From a virus (Duplodnaviria > Caudoviricetes), in the IMG/VR virus record IMGVR_UViG_3300042879_004465, positions 1-60,595 of that record: DNA of 60,595 bases, one strand, 5' to 3'. This document shows, one piece after another, positions 1-9,332 of the stretch. Every line of letters begins with the position of its first letter. Positions within the stretch are counted from its first letter, which is position 1. Below the pieces are notes generated by a model that was given only the letters and a program-made list of their open reading frames with translations, did no database searches and was not told the origin of the DNA. The translations under genes were made by a program, and so were the position numbers.

Positions 1-2
1 AT

Positions 3-3000
3 CAAGGAGATAATATTAGTGATATACCACAAGCATTTGATGTTCCAAACATATTAAAAGATGAAGAATATTTGGGATTCTTTTCTCCTCAAAAAATATC
101 TTTAGGATTGGCTGGTGGTTATATTATAGATGCATCTGGAAAATTGATTCCAGTTGGTTTTGGAAATATTAGTTTAGCTACAGCCCCACAACATCTTTCA
201 ATAGGGTCAATATATGATGGAGGATTTGATGATATACCACCAGAATTAAAAGATCCCGGCGATGTGCCAGATGGAAATGTTTTAAAAGTAGAAGTAGGCG
301 GTCTTGATTATGCTGTTGCAATGGTAGAATATCTAAGAGGCCATTGTCCGCAATATACGGACAAAGAATTTCCACCCTCTGTTGGGGGGGATTGTAATGG
401 CGATAATTTTTATGTAAATTCACCATTCAGTTATTGTGCTCCAAATTATCCTTTTGGATTTATTGAAGATGGTAGCAGCGAAGGAAGCGGATCTGGTTTG
501 GAGCCAGTCGGACCACGCGCATTTGAAACTAGACCGAGTAATGCTTTTAGATTAGTTGCGTGGGGAAGCCCGATTGGCGTATTTTCTTTGGCTTCTACGC
601 AAGTTTCCGTTTCCGATTCGCCAGACTATTGCCAGGATATAAATCCAGATGATAAAATTTATCCCGGAACAAATGCATGGAATATATGGACAGATTTTTC
701 TGTAGGCATTAAACATACAGTTGCAATAGATGATTATGGAGGACTTTTTGCAACTCCATTAAGTGATAACACTTACAATCAATCAAGTAAAGGTATGGGG
801 CAAAGTGAACTTATTCCTGTTGAAAATTTTAATGGTCCTCCTGTTAATTGGAACGGAAGAATTAATTATTTCCCACACATTCCAAGACCGGGTTATGTAA
901 AAGAAGAAGAGTGGAATCAACAATTTTACTACAATGTAACTTTACCAAATAGTTGTTATAGATTATGTGCATCAAGATGCCCGTATCTTTTAAATGATAA
1001 TGGTATTTTAATTTCTTGTAGAAAATGTGGAGGAGAACAGTCTGGACCCGGCGGGGATGGCGGCGGCGTAAATTCTGAATGCGCTGATTGTGATTTTACA
1101 TTTAAGATAAAGGGAGCTTTGCATTTTGGTCAAGGAACCCCGGAGGCAAAGGAAAATTGCCCAGATTCTCCTACTGGATGTACTTTAGAGGGATGTTACA
1201 CTTTTAACGAACTAAACACACCTTCAAATGCTAGAGAAATTAATTACGATCTTACACCACTTCTTCTTGGAAAATTTACAAATTGGAAAAACCATACAGA
1301 TCCCGGTGAAGCATTTCAAGAAAGAATGGAAACTTTTGAACCAGATCCCAGATTTCAGCCAGCTTATACTAAAGTTGCGGCTGGCCATTACAACACTTTA
1401 TGTGTTACAAATGAAAATAGAGTAGAAATATATGGAACATATGGTTTAATTGATCAGAACGGAGAAATGTTACCGGGTACAACATTTGATGTATTTGTAC
1501 CAAATGAAATAAAAGCGTTAGCTGGAAGATGGAATGTTACATATGGTGATTGTGAAATATTTTGCAAAGGAGCAACACACAGTCCAATCATAGATGCAAC
1601 TTATACAAATCCATCTTTTGGAAATAATATAGAAGAAATAAAAAGTTCTTGTGATTATAGCGTTTGTATTACCGAAGATAAATCCATACACATTTGGGGC
1701 GATGCTAGCATGGTTCCCGATGCTTTTAATATAGAAACATATAAACGGGGAAAAAAAGCATATAAACGATTAAGACTTCCAAACGCAATTGAAATTGTTT
1801 CTTTTGCAGTGGGCGCAAACTCTTTTTATGTGCATTATCGTCAGCAAATAGCAATAGGACAAAATACATACAATTCGTATAGAACTTATTCATACACAAG
1901 ATATGGAATTGAAGATTTCGGAACCGAAGTTCCTGCACACCTATTCTCAGCAGTTATGCAAGATATTGGAGCGGGCTATGCACACGCAATGGCATTGGTG
2001 TCTACTGGACTAGAAGCAAAAACTTGGAAAGCTGGGGATTTTGCAGAAGATACTTTAAAATATCAATTTGCAAATTTTGAAAGTTTACCATTCTATTTTA
2101 GAAGACAAGCCTTCTTTCATGCTGTTCCTGGCTCTTGGGATTATTCTAAATTTTTATATGGTGGGGTATGCTGCAGAACACTAGAAGGGGGAGATTTTTC
2201 AAATAATCCTGATAATTTAACACAAAGAAACCCTGTTACAGTAGCAGATAGATGTTCTGCTTTGGCGTATAATATTTATAGAGCAGATGAAGAAAACCAA
2301 GGATTCGATCCAAGATTTTCATTCAGTGGACATCCGGAATTATTTTGGATGCGGCCTGATTGGAGAAGATTTACTTACCAATCATCAACAGTTCAAAATG
2401 AAGTTAGCATTAAGGGTTCTGAAATTTCATGCGTTCCAGATGCAGGAATAAATGTTCCTGCCCAACAAGGAGGAATTGGAGCTATATCATTTTATCAGAG
2501 ATCCTGTTTAGGGGATTATGGAGATTGTTGGGGGGAAGGAAGACCACAGGCAGATAGACCCCCGCCATCAGAAATAAGAAGTATACCTTCTTGTGTTCCT
2601 TCTGGGAACTGTGGGACAAGTAGGTGGAACAATCCTGCTGCATTGCCAGGAAATGCTATACAGACCGCTATACCAGTGCCTGTAAAAGTTAGTTTCAGAT
2701 CTACAAAAGATGTTCTTCAGGCATCATTTGTAAGATTTGATGCTCCATCAAGAGGATGTATGAGAGAAGTCGCAAGAAGTCTTTCGTATTTTAAATATGC
2801 AGAAAGACATTATTATTTTGGTTACGATGATACTACAGGGGTATATGGAATTTATAATAATCCAGATTTCTTGAGAGAAATAGCTCCTTTAGTTTATAAC
2901 CCAGAAAAGGATTATGTTTGTGTCGATGCCGATGGTGATGGTATCTTTCAAAGATTTCCTTTAGTAGGGGAAGGCGAAGAAGATCCATGTCTGGGCTTTA

Positions 3001-4571
3001 CTGCTCCATATCCAGTTGGCTGCACACTATGTGGATTTGGAGGCGGAAACGGACCAAACGGGGAAGGGTTGTGCGGTTCCAGTGCTTATTTAAGTTTATT
3101 CAATTATGCATTAAGTGGTCCAAATTATGGGTCCGAAAATGCTGTTGAATGGCCAATATTTTCAATAACAGATCCTGGGTTAGTTGCAATGGATCTAAAA
3201 TTTCAAAGTCAAATTTGTGATGTAGAAGACGGGCCCCAAGGATGTTCTCTTTGCGGTGGAGGGGCGGGTGGACCAAATAGAAATCCACTTTCAGCTGTAG
3301 TAGGGTATGGTGCAGTGGCATTCGTTGCATGTGGTTTTGAGTGCGGTCCCATAGTAAATGAACAATCAGGCGAGATTGTAGATGGTTATTGTGTAGTGAG
3401 GGGGGGCGAAAAAATTAAACCAGGAGGTGCAATATATTATAATAGAGGATTTAAAGCAATTTCGCCCAGCCGTGCATTGCTGTGGGGAGTAGATCAACAA
3501 ATTAGTTATACGATTCCTCCGGAAAATGATACAAATTATCAAAACACTAAAAAAACTTTTATAGATGTTTTAAATGATAGCGAGTATACGCATAAAACGG
3601 AACCTTGGTTTTTTTCCAATTCTCCAAAATGGAAACCAATGTTTTATTATAGTCCTTTGATTGAAGGCTCTAGCAACACGAATGATCCGGAAGTCATTGC
3701 ATTGTCGAAATATAATTTATTGAAGTGTTCACAAGACGGCCCACAAGATGCTATAAAATGTTTAAGCAATGCTATAGATGCAAATGCTGACTGTGGTGGC
3801 TGTGATATCACTAGTGGTGACCCATTTTTAGAAGATGGAGTTTTTGTAGAAGAAATTGAATTCGATACATTAGAAAATCCAATTAGAGAACATATTTTAG
3901 GCAAATTTACATCTAATACGGAATTAGGAGTTAGACAAATATCAAAGGGAGTATTCAAATATGAAATTTCTGCTACTAAAAAAAATCCCGATTTAAATGT
4001 AAAATTTGGTGCCAGACTTTATAAAGTGGATCAATTTGGAACTGAAACTTTGTTATTAAATGATTCTGATTATTCGCCATCTGTTGATAGAGAATTTATA
4101 CAATCTGTAATAGAAGACCCGGGCGATCCCAATTCAGAACCACCCATACCACCAACAGTAACAATCCAAGAAACCCCCACTTTTGGTCGTTATATTTTTA
4201 ATCAATATGTTACAATGCCAATAGAAGTTAATGAAACTGATAAATTGAGATTTGAATTATACGCAAAGGTATTTGAATTGGGAGATACGGTAGAAGGTGG
4301 ATCAAATAGATTACTTGTAAGATACGGTACTGTAACGGATGTTCCGGAGGCATTAGGAGACGAAGCCAGATACGTGGTTGGGGATGAAGTATCTTTTGTT
4401 GAATATAGTAAATTTTCAATAGTATTGGAAAATCCTCCCTGCTTTGGTGGTGGGGATGATACTCCAAATGCTCCACCAAGCAATGTAAAAAAGGTAGTAA
4501 CCGACCAAGGACAAGTAGTATATCAGGCTGGAAATATAACATGTCTTATATTGGATTGTTGTGGTGCGTAA
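3..4571 (+). CDS. Very large Cys/Gly-rich protein with RCC1/BLIP-II-like repeats, probably virion or adhesion related; 5'-truncated by the window edge
   Basis: The frame is open from position 3 (QGDNISDIPQ...) into the 72..4571 ORF. RCC1-like blades: FSVGIKHTVAIDDYGGLF, KVAAGHYNTLCVTNENRVEIYG, SSCDYSVCITEDKSIHIWG, DIGAGYAHAMAL. Many CxxC/CC motifs. Confidence 0.65.
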   Translation, partial: QGDNISDIPQAFDVPNILKDEEYLGFFSPQKISLGLAGGYIIDASGKLIPVGFGNISLATAPQHLSIGSIYDGGFDDIPPELKDPGDVPDGNVLKVEVGGLDYAVAMVEYLRGHCPQYTDKEFPPSVGGDCNGDNFYVNSPFSYCAPNYPFGFIEDGSSEGSGSGLEPVGPRAFETRPSNAFRLVAWGSPIGVFSLASTQVSVSDSPDYCQDINPDDKIYPGTNAWNIWTDFSVGIKHTVAIDDYGGLFATPLSDNTYNQSSKGMGQSELIPVENFNGPPVNWNGRINYFPHIPRPGYVKEEEWNQQFYYNVTLPNSCYRLCASRCPYLLNDNGILISCRKCGGEQSGPGGDGGGVNSECADCDFTFKIKGALHFGQGTPEAKENCPDSPTGCTLEGCYTFNELNTPSNAREINYDLTPLLLGKFTNWKNHTDPGEAFQERMETFEPDPRFQPAYTKVAAGHYNTLCVTNENRVEIYGTYGLIDQNGEMLPGTTFDVFVPNEIKALAGRWNVTYGDCEIFCKGATHSPIIDATYTNPSFGNNIEEIKSSCDYSVCITEDKSIHIWGDASMVPDAFNIETYKRGKKAYKRLRLPNAIEIVSFAVGANSFYVHYRQQIAIGQNTYNSYRTYSYTRYGIEDFGTEVPAHLFSAVMQDIGAGYAHAMALVSTGLEAKTWKAGDFAEDTLKYQFANFESLPFYFRRQAFFHAVPGSWDYSKFLYGGVCCRTLEGGDFSNNPDNLTQRNPVTVADRCSALAYNIYRADEENQGFDPRFSFSGHPELFWMRPDWRRFTYQSSTVQNEVSIKGSEISCVPDAGINVPAQQGGIGAISFYQRSCLGDYGDCWGEGRPQADRPPPSEIRSIPSCVPSGNCGTSRWNNPAALPGNAIQTAIPVPVKVSFRSTKDVLQASFVRFDAPSRGCMREVARSLSYFKYAERHYYFGYDDTTGVYGIYNNPDFLREIAPLVYNPEKDYVCVDADGDGIFQRFPLVGEGEEDPCLGFTAPYPVGCTLCGFGGGNGPNGEGLCGSSAYLSLFNYALSGPNYGSENAVEWPIFSITDPGLVAMDLKFQSQICDVEDGPQGCSLCGGGAGGPNRNPLSAVVGYGAVAFVACGFECGPIVNEQSGEIVDGYCVVRGGEKIKPGGAIYYNRGFKAISPSRALLWGVDQQISYTIPPENDTNYQNTKKTFIDVLNDSEYTHKTEPWFFSNSPKWKPMFYYSPLIEGSSNTNDPEVIALSKYNLLKCSQDGPQDAIKCLSNAIDANADCGGCDITSGDPFLEDGVFVEEIEFDTLENPIREHILGKFTSNTELGVRQISKGVFKYEISATKKNPDLNVKFGARLYKVDQFGTETLLLNDSDYSPSVDREFIQSVIEDPGDPNSEPPIPPTVTIQETPTFGRYIFNQYVTMPIEVNETDKLRFELYAKVFELGDTVEGGSNRLLVRYGTVTDVPEALGDEARYVVGDEVSFVEYSKFSIVLENPPCFGGGDDTPNAPPSNVKKVVTDQGQVVYQAGNITCLILDCCGA

Positions 4572-4598
4572 ATTTAAAATAAATAAAATAGGTGACAT

Positions 4599-5207
4599 AT
4601 GAAACATATTAATGATATACCAATGATGTTTAATACAACTGGTTCAACATCAACATCAAAATCCGAAAACCATTTTTTAAAAATTGGAAAACAAGACCAA
4701 TTAATTTTAAATACTTTGGATTATGGAATTTATAATAAAATTTTAAAATTTAATTTAAATATAAATTTTAATAAATTGTTAATGCTAAAGTTAAATAAAA
4801 TAGGTTCGGGTGATATAATTGATTTTATTACCAGATATACTGGATTAAAAAAATTAATAGTATGGATAACAAATGGAAATTGCGGGTGTGAAGCTCGTAG
4901 AGTAAAGTTTAATTCGTTGTTTAGTTTTTATTGGCCATCTATAAAATTCAGAAAAGTTTATATAGAAGATTTGCATTCTTTGAAATATAAAGATATAAAA
5001 AATTATAAAAAATATTTATCAAGAAAAGCGCAAGAAATGGATTTACCTAATATAAATCTTGATCCAGCTGATATTTTAAATTTACCAAAAGTACCGGATA
5101 AACCAAAACAACCAGAAACACCAGTTAACAAAACGCCAACCAAACCATTAACAGAACCAAAAATAAAAAAGTCTTGTGGTTGTTCAAAAAGAAAACTAAA
5201 TACTTGA
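4599..5207 (+). CDS. Hypothetical basic protein with two CGC motifs
   Basis: 202 aa ORF with SD-like AGGTGA. GDIIDFITRYTGLKK...CGCEARR, a P/K/T-rich linker and C-terminal SCGCSKRK. Confidence 0.6.
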   Translation: MKHINDIPMMFNTTGSTSTSKSENHFLKIGKQDQLILNTLDYGIYNKILKFNLNINFNKLLMLKLNKIGSGDIIDFITRYTGLKKLIVWITNGNCGCEARRVKFNSLFSFYWPSIKFRKVYIEDLHSLKYKDIKNYKKYLSRKAQEMDLPNINLDPADILNLPKVPDKPKQPETPVNKTPTKPLTEPKIKKSCGCSKRKLNT

Positions 5208-5237
5208 TAATCTTTAAAAAGGAGATATATTTTAATT

Positions 5238-5519
5238 ATGAAAACAGGTTTATTAAAATTTAAATACGGCGAAGAAATTATTTGTGAATACGAAAAAAAG
5301 GAAACCCATACACATATTAAAAATATGACTGCTATGATTGCTGTAGAAAATCATAATTGGCAACTGGTAACTTGGCTTCCTTACGCAAAGATTAGAGAAG
5401 GCATAGACATACCAAATTCTGAAATTTTATTTTTAAGTGATTTGAGTGAAGACATGGAAGAATATTATATTAAATGGAAAGAAGCTTTGGAAAAAAAGAG
5501 AGAAATAAGTTTTAAGTAA
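5238..5519 (+). CDS. Small Sm-like-fold hypothetical protein
   Basis: LLKFKYGEEIIC...WLPY pattern typical of small Sm-like proteins in T4-like phages; SD AAGGAG upstream. Confidence 0.55.
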   Translation: MKTGLLKFKYGEEIICEYEKKETHTHIKNMTAMIAVENHNWQLVTWLPYAKIREGIDIPNSEILFLSDLSEDMEEYYIKWKEALEKKREISFK

Positions 5520-5544
5520 AATATTTTCTCTAAATATTTTTATA

Positions 5545-5826
5545 ATGTTTAGAGGAAAATATAAAAAATTAGACGCATCGGGCCTAAAAAAACAGTATCT
5601 CGCAGGAGATACTGTTTTATTTGAAGGAAATATTTACAAGGCAATAAAACAAACTGAACTTTCTCCCTTTAGAGATAAACAAAGTTGGCAATTGACAGGT
5701 TCAAATGTGATATATTCTTCGAATACCCCTCCTATATCGCCTACAACGGGACAATATTGGGAAAAAGATGGAAAGGTTTATGTCTACCACTATGATGGCA
5801 ATAATTATTCTTGGGCAGAGTTTTGA
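5545..5826 (+). CDS. Small carbohydrate-binding (CBM5/12-like) protein
   Basis: YLAGDTVLFEGNIYKA...SP....W resembles CBM5/12, followed by the fibre-type motif PPISPTTGQYW...YVYHYDG...W. Confidence 0.5.
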   Translation: MFRGKYKKLDASGLKKQYLAGDTVLFEGNIYKAIKQTELSPFRDKQSWQLTGSNVIYSSNTPPISPTTGQYWEKDGKVYVYHYDGNNYSWAEF

Positions 5827-7118
5827 ATAACTATTTTTAAAATATTAACAACTTTTTTTTCCACTTTTAAATATATTACTTTAGGTGCGCTCAATTCTTT
5901 GATGTATATAAAAGAGCAACCATCGAAGCCGGGAACACCATTTAAAAAGAAGTATTCTGTCAGAGGGAGCGAACATTCATAGTCCAAATAAGGTGAAATT
6001 TTAGAAGAAACTAAAGAAGAATCCGATAAATCAAATTTTAAAATTGTGCTAATCCCAACACTATTGTAATAAACTTCTGATGTATTAGAGCCATCAACTA
6101 GGGTAACAGTAGCAAGCGATGTTGTAGATACTCCTTCTACTCCAGTACCAACAAAAACTCTTATTGTTTCTAACTTTATGTTGGAATAGTGATCGATGCT
6201 TAAAGAAAGACCGTTGTACGCATATGGATTAAAAAGATTTTCCGTATTGTTTATTCTCGCTGCACCATACCAATTAAAAGTGTGGGTCGGGTCATTTAAT
6301 TCTCTGCAATATTTTTGATAATAATTTTGATTGTTGTATATATCAATTATAGCTCCGGAAGAATTTAACTTGTTTATAATTCCATTTTGAATTTTAGACG
6401 TTGTTAAGGTAGTTAAATCCGGAACCCCACGCATATAAATGTTTATGTTGCTAGGGACAAAATATAAATTTTCATTTAAAATTGTTTCGCTTGGGTCTAT
6501 GTAAATTATTTCTGAATTATCATTTAATTTTATTGAAGACTTTATTTTTAATCTTCCGGAATTTAAAGATGCGCTTGATACTTCTAAAAATTCTTCAAAT
6601 CCATAATCGCTACCATATACTCCCAAAAAATTTAAATTTAATGGATCTTCTTTATTTAACTTTGCTTGAAAATATTGTGCTGTCACTCCACTAATTGCTG
6701 TTAAAACTGGCGGAGAACTAAAATTATAACTTTGATAAAAACCATCGGTAATAGAAGTAGAAAAAGTTACTCCTATTGCATCTATATAAGTATTGTAATT
6801 TCCCGTAACTCCATTTAAAGTATAAATTCCTGCAAAAGATTTTTGTTCTCCGGTTTCTTCTATGTAATAAGTTCCTCCTCCAATTGCGAATGTATTTCCA
6901 ATTGAAAGATTTCCAAAAAATTGTTTTAAAAACTTTAAATCAGAAGAATTGGAAGAAGAAGAATAATCTATAAAAAAACTAGAACCAGATTTTAAAATAT
7001 TTGGGCTTGTTTCCAATAAGCCTTTGGTAAAACAGGGATCTAATGTAGCTCCAGTAAAATTTGTGGCAAATAAACTTATATTTTTAACAACAGTTAAAGA
7101 TTTATTTGTATCTGTCAT
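5805..7118 (-). CDS. Hypothetical protein, probably structural (S/T/G/N-rich, beta-strand rich)
   Basis: 437 aa ORF coupled to the upstream 7120..8040 gene, which has a late promoter; no recognisable family. Confidence 0.55.
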   Translation of the reverse strand: MTDTNKSLTVVKNISLFATNFTGATLDPCFTKGLLETSPNILKSGSSFFIDYSSSSNSSDLKFLKQFFGNLSIGNTFAIGGGTYYIEETGEQKSFAGIYTLNGVTGNYNTYIDAIGVTFSTSITDGFYQSYNFSSPPVLTAISGVTAQYFQAKLNKEDPLNLNFLGVYGSDYGFEEFLEVSSASLNSGRLKIKSSIKLNDNSEIIYIDPSETILNENLYFVPSNINIYMRGVPDLTTLTTSKIQNGIINKLNSSGAIIDIYNNQNYYQKYCRELNDPTHTFNWYGAARINNTENLFNPYAYNGLSLSIDHYSNIKLETIRVFVGTGVEGVSTTSLATVTLVDGSNTSEVYYNSVGISTILKFDLSDSSLVSSKISPYLDYECSLPLTEYFFLNGVPGFDGCSFIYIKELSAPKVIYLKVEKKVVNILKIVIQNSAQE

Positions 7119-7119
7119 A

Positions 7120-8040
7120 TTATGAAGCGAAATAACTTATTGATTGTGTCGAGGTTTTAGCTCTCACGTAAACAACGTTCAAATTGCCTACGTTTAAAAA
7201 CAGCTGTTCGCCGGGATCTAGATTATATCCCAAATTTGTTGCTAGATTGCTGTCTCCTACGTATATTATATCTGTGTTTGAGGAAGATGCCTTCAAATTT
7301 ATTCCGGCATAGCAAGTAAACCCGCTATTCAATTGAACAGATGCGGTAGTTAGGGTTCTTATTCCTGCGGTAACTCCGCTAGGTCTTACCAAGCCAAATA
7401 CAGATAAAGCATCATAAATGTCATCTACTTTTGCATAAATTGCAGTAATTCCATTTACGATATTTGTATCGTTAATCGCAGCAGTTCCAGATACAGCAAC
7501 GGTGAACGGATAAGCTCCGGTAAATCCTTGAACTCTAAGAGACCCCGTAGCTCCAGAATTTTCAACTGCAATTGTTGGATTAATGTATGCAGTGACCGTG
7601 ATATCTTGTACTGACACTCTGAGAGCATTTCCCGAAACCCCCAAAGCGGCTCCGCCCGAGCCAACCAAGGTTGCTGGTATCCAAGTATTACCGCCAAACC
7701 CATATACAGCCATACTGTCTCTCGTATAGCTTCTAGCAATGCCTCCTGTGATCGCTAGGGGAGCTCCGCTGACTCCTTGTACGCTTACGGTGCCTTGGAC
7801 GAATACTGCATCTCCTGCGCTGTTTCCCACAACAATAACTGGATCCGTAAAATTTACAATATTCGCAGTCACGCCAGTTGATAGGATGACCGGGAGTGGG
7901 GTCGATGAAGAAACCAAAGAGGCACTTGAGGTATTGCCGTAGGCAACTTTAAATACCTGATACTGTGCTCCGCCGATCTCGTTGGTGGCGATGTTTGCCG
8001 TATTGCCCGATGCTACATTAATTACAATGTTACTTGCCAT
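7120..8040 (-). CDS. Putative virion fibre or decoration protein
   Basis: 306 aa, V/G/T/S-rich. C-terminal IIYVGDSNLATNLGYNLDPGEQLFLNVGNLNVVYV resembles small virion beta-sandwich domains. SD GGAG and late promoter upstream. Confidence 0.55.
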   Translation of the reverse strand: MASNIVINVASGNTANIATNEIGGAQYQVFKVAYGNTSSASLVSSSTPLPVILSTGVTANIVNFTDPVIVVGNSAGDAVFVQGTVSVQGVSGAPLAITGGIARSYTRDSMAVYGFGGNTWIPATLVGSGGAALGVSGNALRVSVQDITVTAYINPTIAVENSGATGSLRVQGFTGAYPFTVAVSGTAAINDTNIVNGITAIYAKVDDIYDALSVFGLVRPSGVTAGIRTLTTASVQLNSGFTCYAGINLKASSSNTDIIYVGDSNLATNLGYNLDPGEQLFLNVGNLNVVYVRAKTSTQSISYFAS

Positions 8041-8059
8041 TTTTTCTCCAAGTCTATGA

Positions 8060-8066
8060 TATTTAG
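8060..8066 (-). promoter_or_regulatory. T4-type late promoter variant (CTAAATA)
   Basis: TATTTAG on the + strand, 20 nt upstream of the 8040 start codon. Confidence 0.6.
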
Positions 8067-8079
8067 GCTTAACTAACTA

Positions 8080-8107
8080 TTGATAAATTTTTAAAATATG
8101 CTATAAT
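8080..8107 (+). promoter_or_regulatory. Sigma70-like promoter for gp33
   Basis: TTGATA-N16-TATAAT with extended -10 (TGcTATAAT); ATG at 8114 lies at the expected +1. Confidence 0.55.
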
Positions 8108-8113
8108 ATGACT

Positions 8114-8350
8114 ATGTATTTAGACGATAAAGCCAAAACATCGTTTTCTTCTAAAATTTTAGAAAGAGTTCAAAAAACAAAATTGTCCTATATGGATTGT
8201 GTTATTGAATTGGCGGAAGAATTGGGAATTGAACCATCTACTGCTGGCAAACTTCTCACCAAACCAATAATTGAAAAAATTCAAGAGGAAGCAAAAGACA
8301 AGCATTTTTTGAAAAAGGGGAAAGCAAAAAAGCTTCCACTTGATGATTGA
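8114..8350 (+). CDS. gp33: Late transcription coactivator gp33 (alternative start 8108)
   Basis: SYMDCVIELAEELGIEP...KLLTKPIIEKIQEEA...FLK...KLPL; immediately upstream of gp32 as in T4-like phages. Confidence 0.85.
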   Translation: MYLDDKAKTSFSSKILERVQKTKLSYMDCVIELAEELGIEPSTAGKLLTKPIIEKIQEEAKDKHFLKKGKAKKLPLDD

Positions 8351-8381
8351 CTGTCTGGGATAAATATGTTAGAATATAACC

Positions 8382-8426
8382 ATCAGGGTAGGTCCCTGAT
8401 ATAACAAGGTCTGGGTAGGCCCCAGA
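8382..8426 (+). promoter_or_regulatory. Twin hairpins in the gp32 leader (candidate translational operator)
   Basis: ATCAGGG-TAGGT-CCCTGAT (8382-8400) and TCTGGG-TAGGC-CCCAGA (8410-8426), between a TAAATA at 8361 and the SD. Confidence 0.55.
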
Positions 8427-8441
8427 GAAAGAAAGGTAAAA

Positions 8442-9305
8442 ATGAGTTCATTTTCAGATTTTAAGAAGCGTAGCAAGAATTCGGTTCAGGACCTCAGCAA
8501 GAAGCTGGAGAGTCTCAACAGCAAGGAAAGCTACAAGGATGAGCGGTTCTGGAAGCCGTCTCTGGACGCATCCAAGAACGGGTATGCCGTAATCCGTTTC
8601 CTGCCAGCAGTGGAGGGAGAGGATGTTCCTTTCATCAAGTTCTATACACACGCCTTCCGTGGCAAGGGTGGTTGGTTCATCGAGAACTGCCGCACTACTC
8701 TTGGAGAGAAGTGCCCGGTCTGCGAAGCCAATACTGAGCTTTGGAACAGCGGGCTTGAGGAGGACAAGGATATTGCCAGAAATCGTAAGCGCAAGCTTAA
8801 CTACATCAGCAACATTTTGGTGATCAGCGATCCTTCCAACCCGGATAACGAGGGTAAGGTTTTCTTGTTCAAGTATGGAACCAAGATTTTTGAGAAGGTT
8901 CAGGCGCTAATGAGTCCTGAGTTCAAGGACGAGACCCCGGTTGATCCTTTCAACTTCTGGGAAGGCGCCGACTTCAAGCTCAAGATTCGCAATGTCGGTG
9001 GTTATGTAAACTACGACAGAAGCGAGTTTTCGGCTCCGGCTCCTCTGTTTGGAGGAGATGACAAGAAGCTTGAGTTGCTTTGGAAAAAGCAGTATCCTCT
9101 TGGAGAGTTCCTTAGTCCCGCCACGTTCAAGTCTTACGAGGAGCTCAAGGAGCGCTTCAAGAAGACTGTTGGTGAGGATATTCGCGAGCAGTTTGACGAA
9201 AACTCCGAGAGAACCGTAGAGGACGACTCAACGGTGGAGCAGGTTCCATCGGAAGATGTGGACACTCTGGATTACTTTAAGTCTCTTAAAAATAAACAGG
9301 ACTGA
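8442..9305 (+). CDS. gp32: Single-stranded DNA-binding protein gp32
   Basis: DERFWKP, GYAVIRFLP, zinc site HAF...ENC...CPVC, KYGTKIF, PFNFWEGADFKLKIR, NYDRSEF. Confidence 0.97.
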   Translation: MSSFSDFKKRSKNSVQDLSKKLESLNSKESYKDERFWKPSLDASKNGYAVIRFLPAVEGEDVPFIKFYTHAFRGKGGWFIENCRTTLGEKCPVCEANTELWNSGLEEDKDIARNRKRKLNYISNILVISDPSNPDNEGKVFLFKYGTKIFEKVQALMSPEFKDETPVDPFNFWEGADFKLKIRNVGGYVNYDRSEFSAPAPLFGGDDKKLELLWKKQYPLGEFLSPATFKSYEELKERFKKTVGEDIREQFDENSERTVEDDSTVEQVPSEDVDTLDYFKSLKNKQD

Positions 9306-9332
9306 AAAAACCCCCCGAAAGGGGGGTTTTTT
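9305..9332. terminator. Bidirectional intrinsic terminator
   Basis: AAAAAA-CCCCCC-GAAA-GGGGGG-TTTTTT between convergent genes. Confidence 0.9.
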
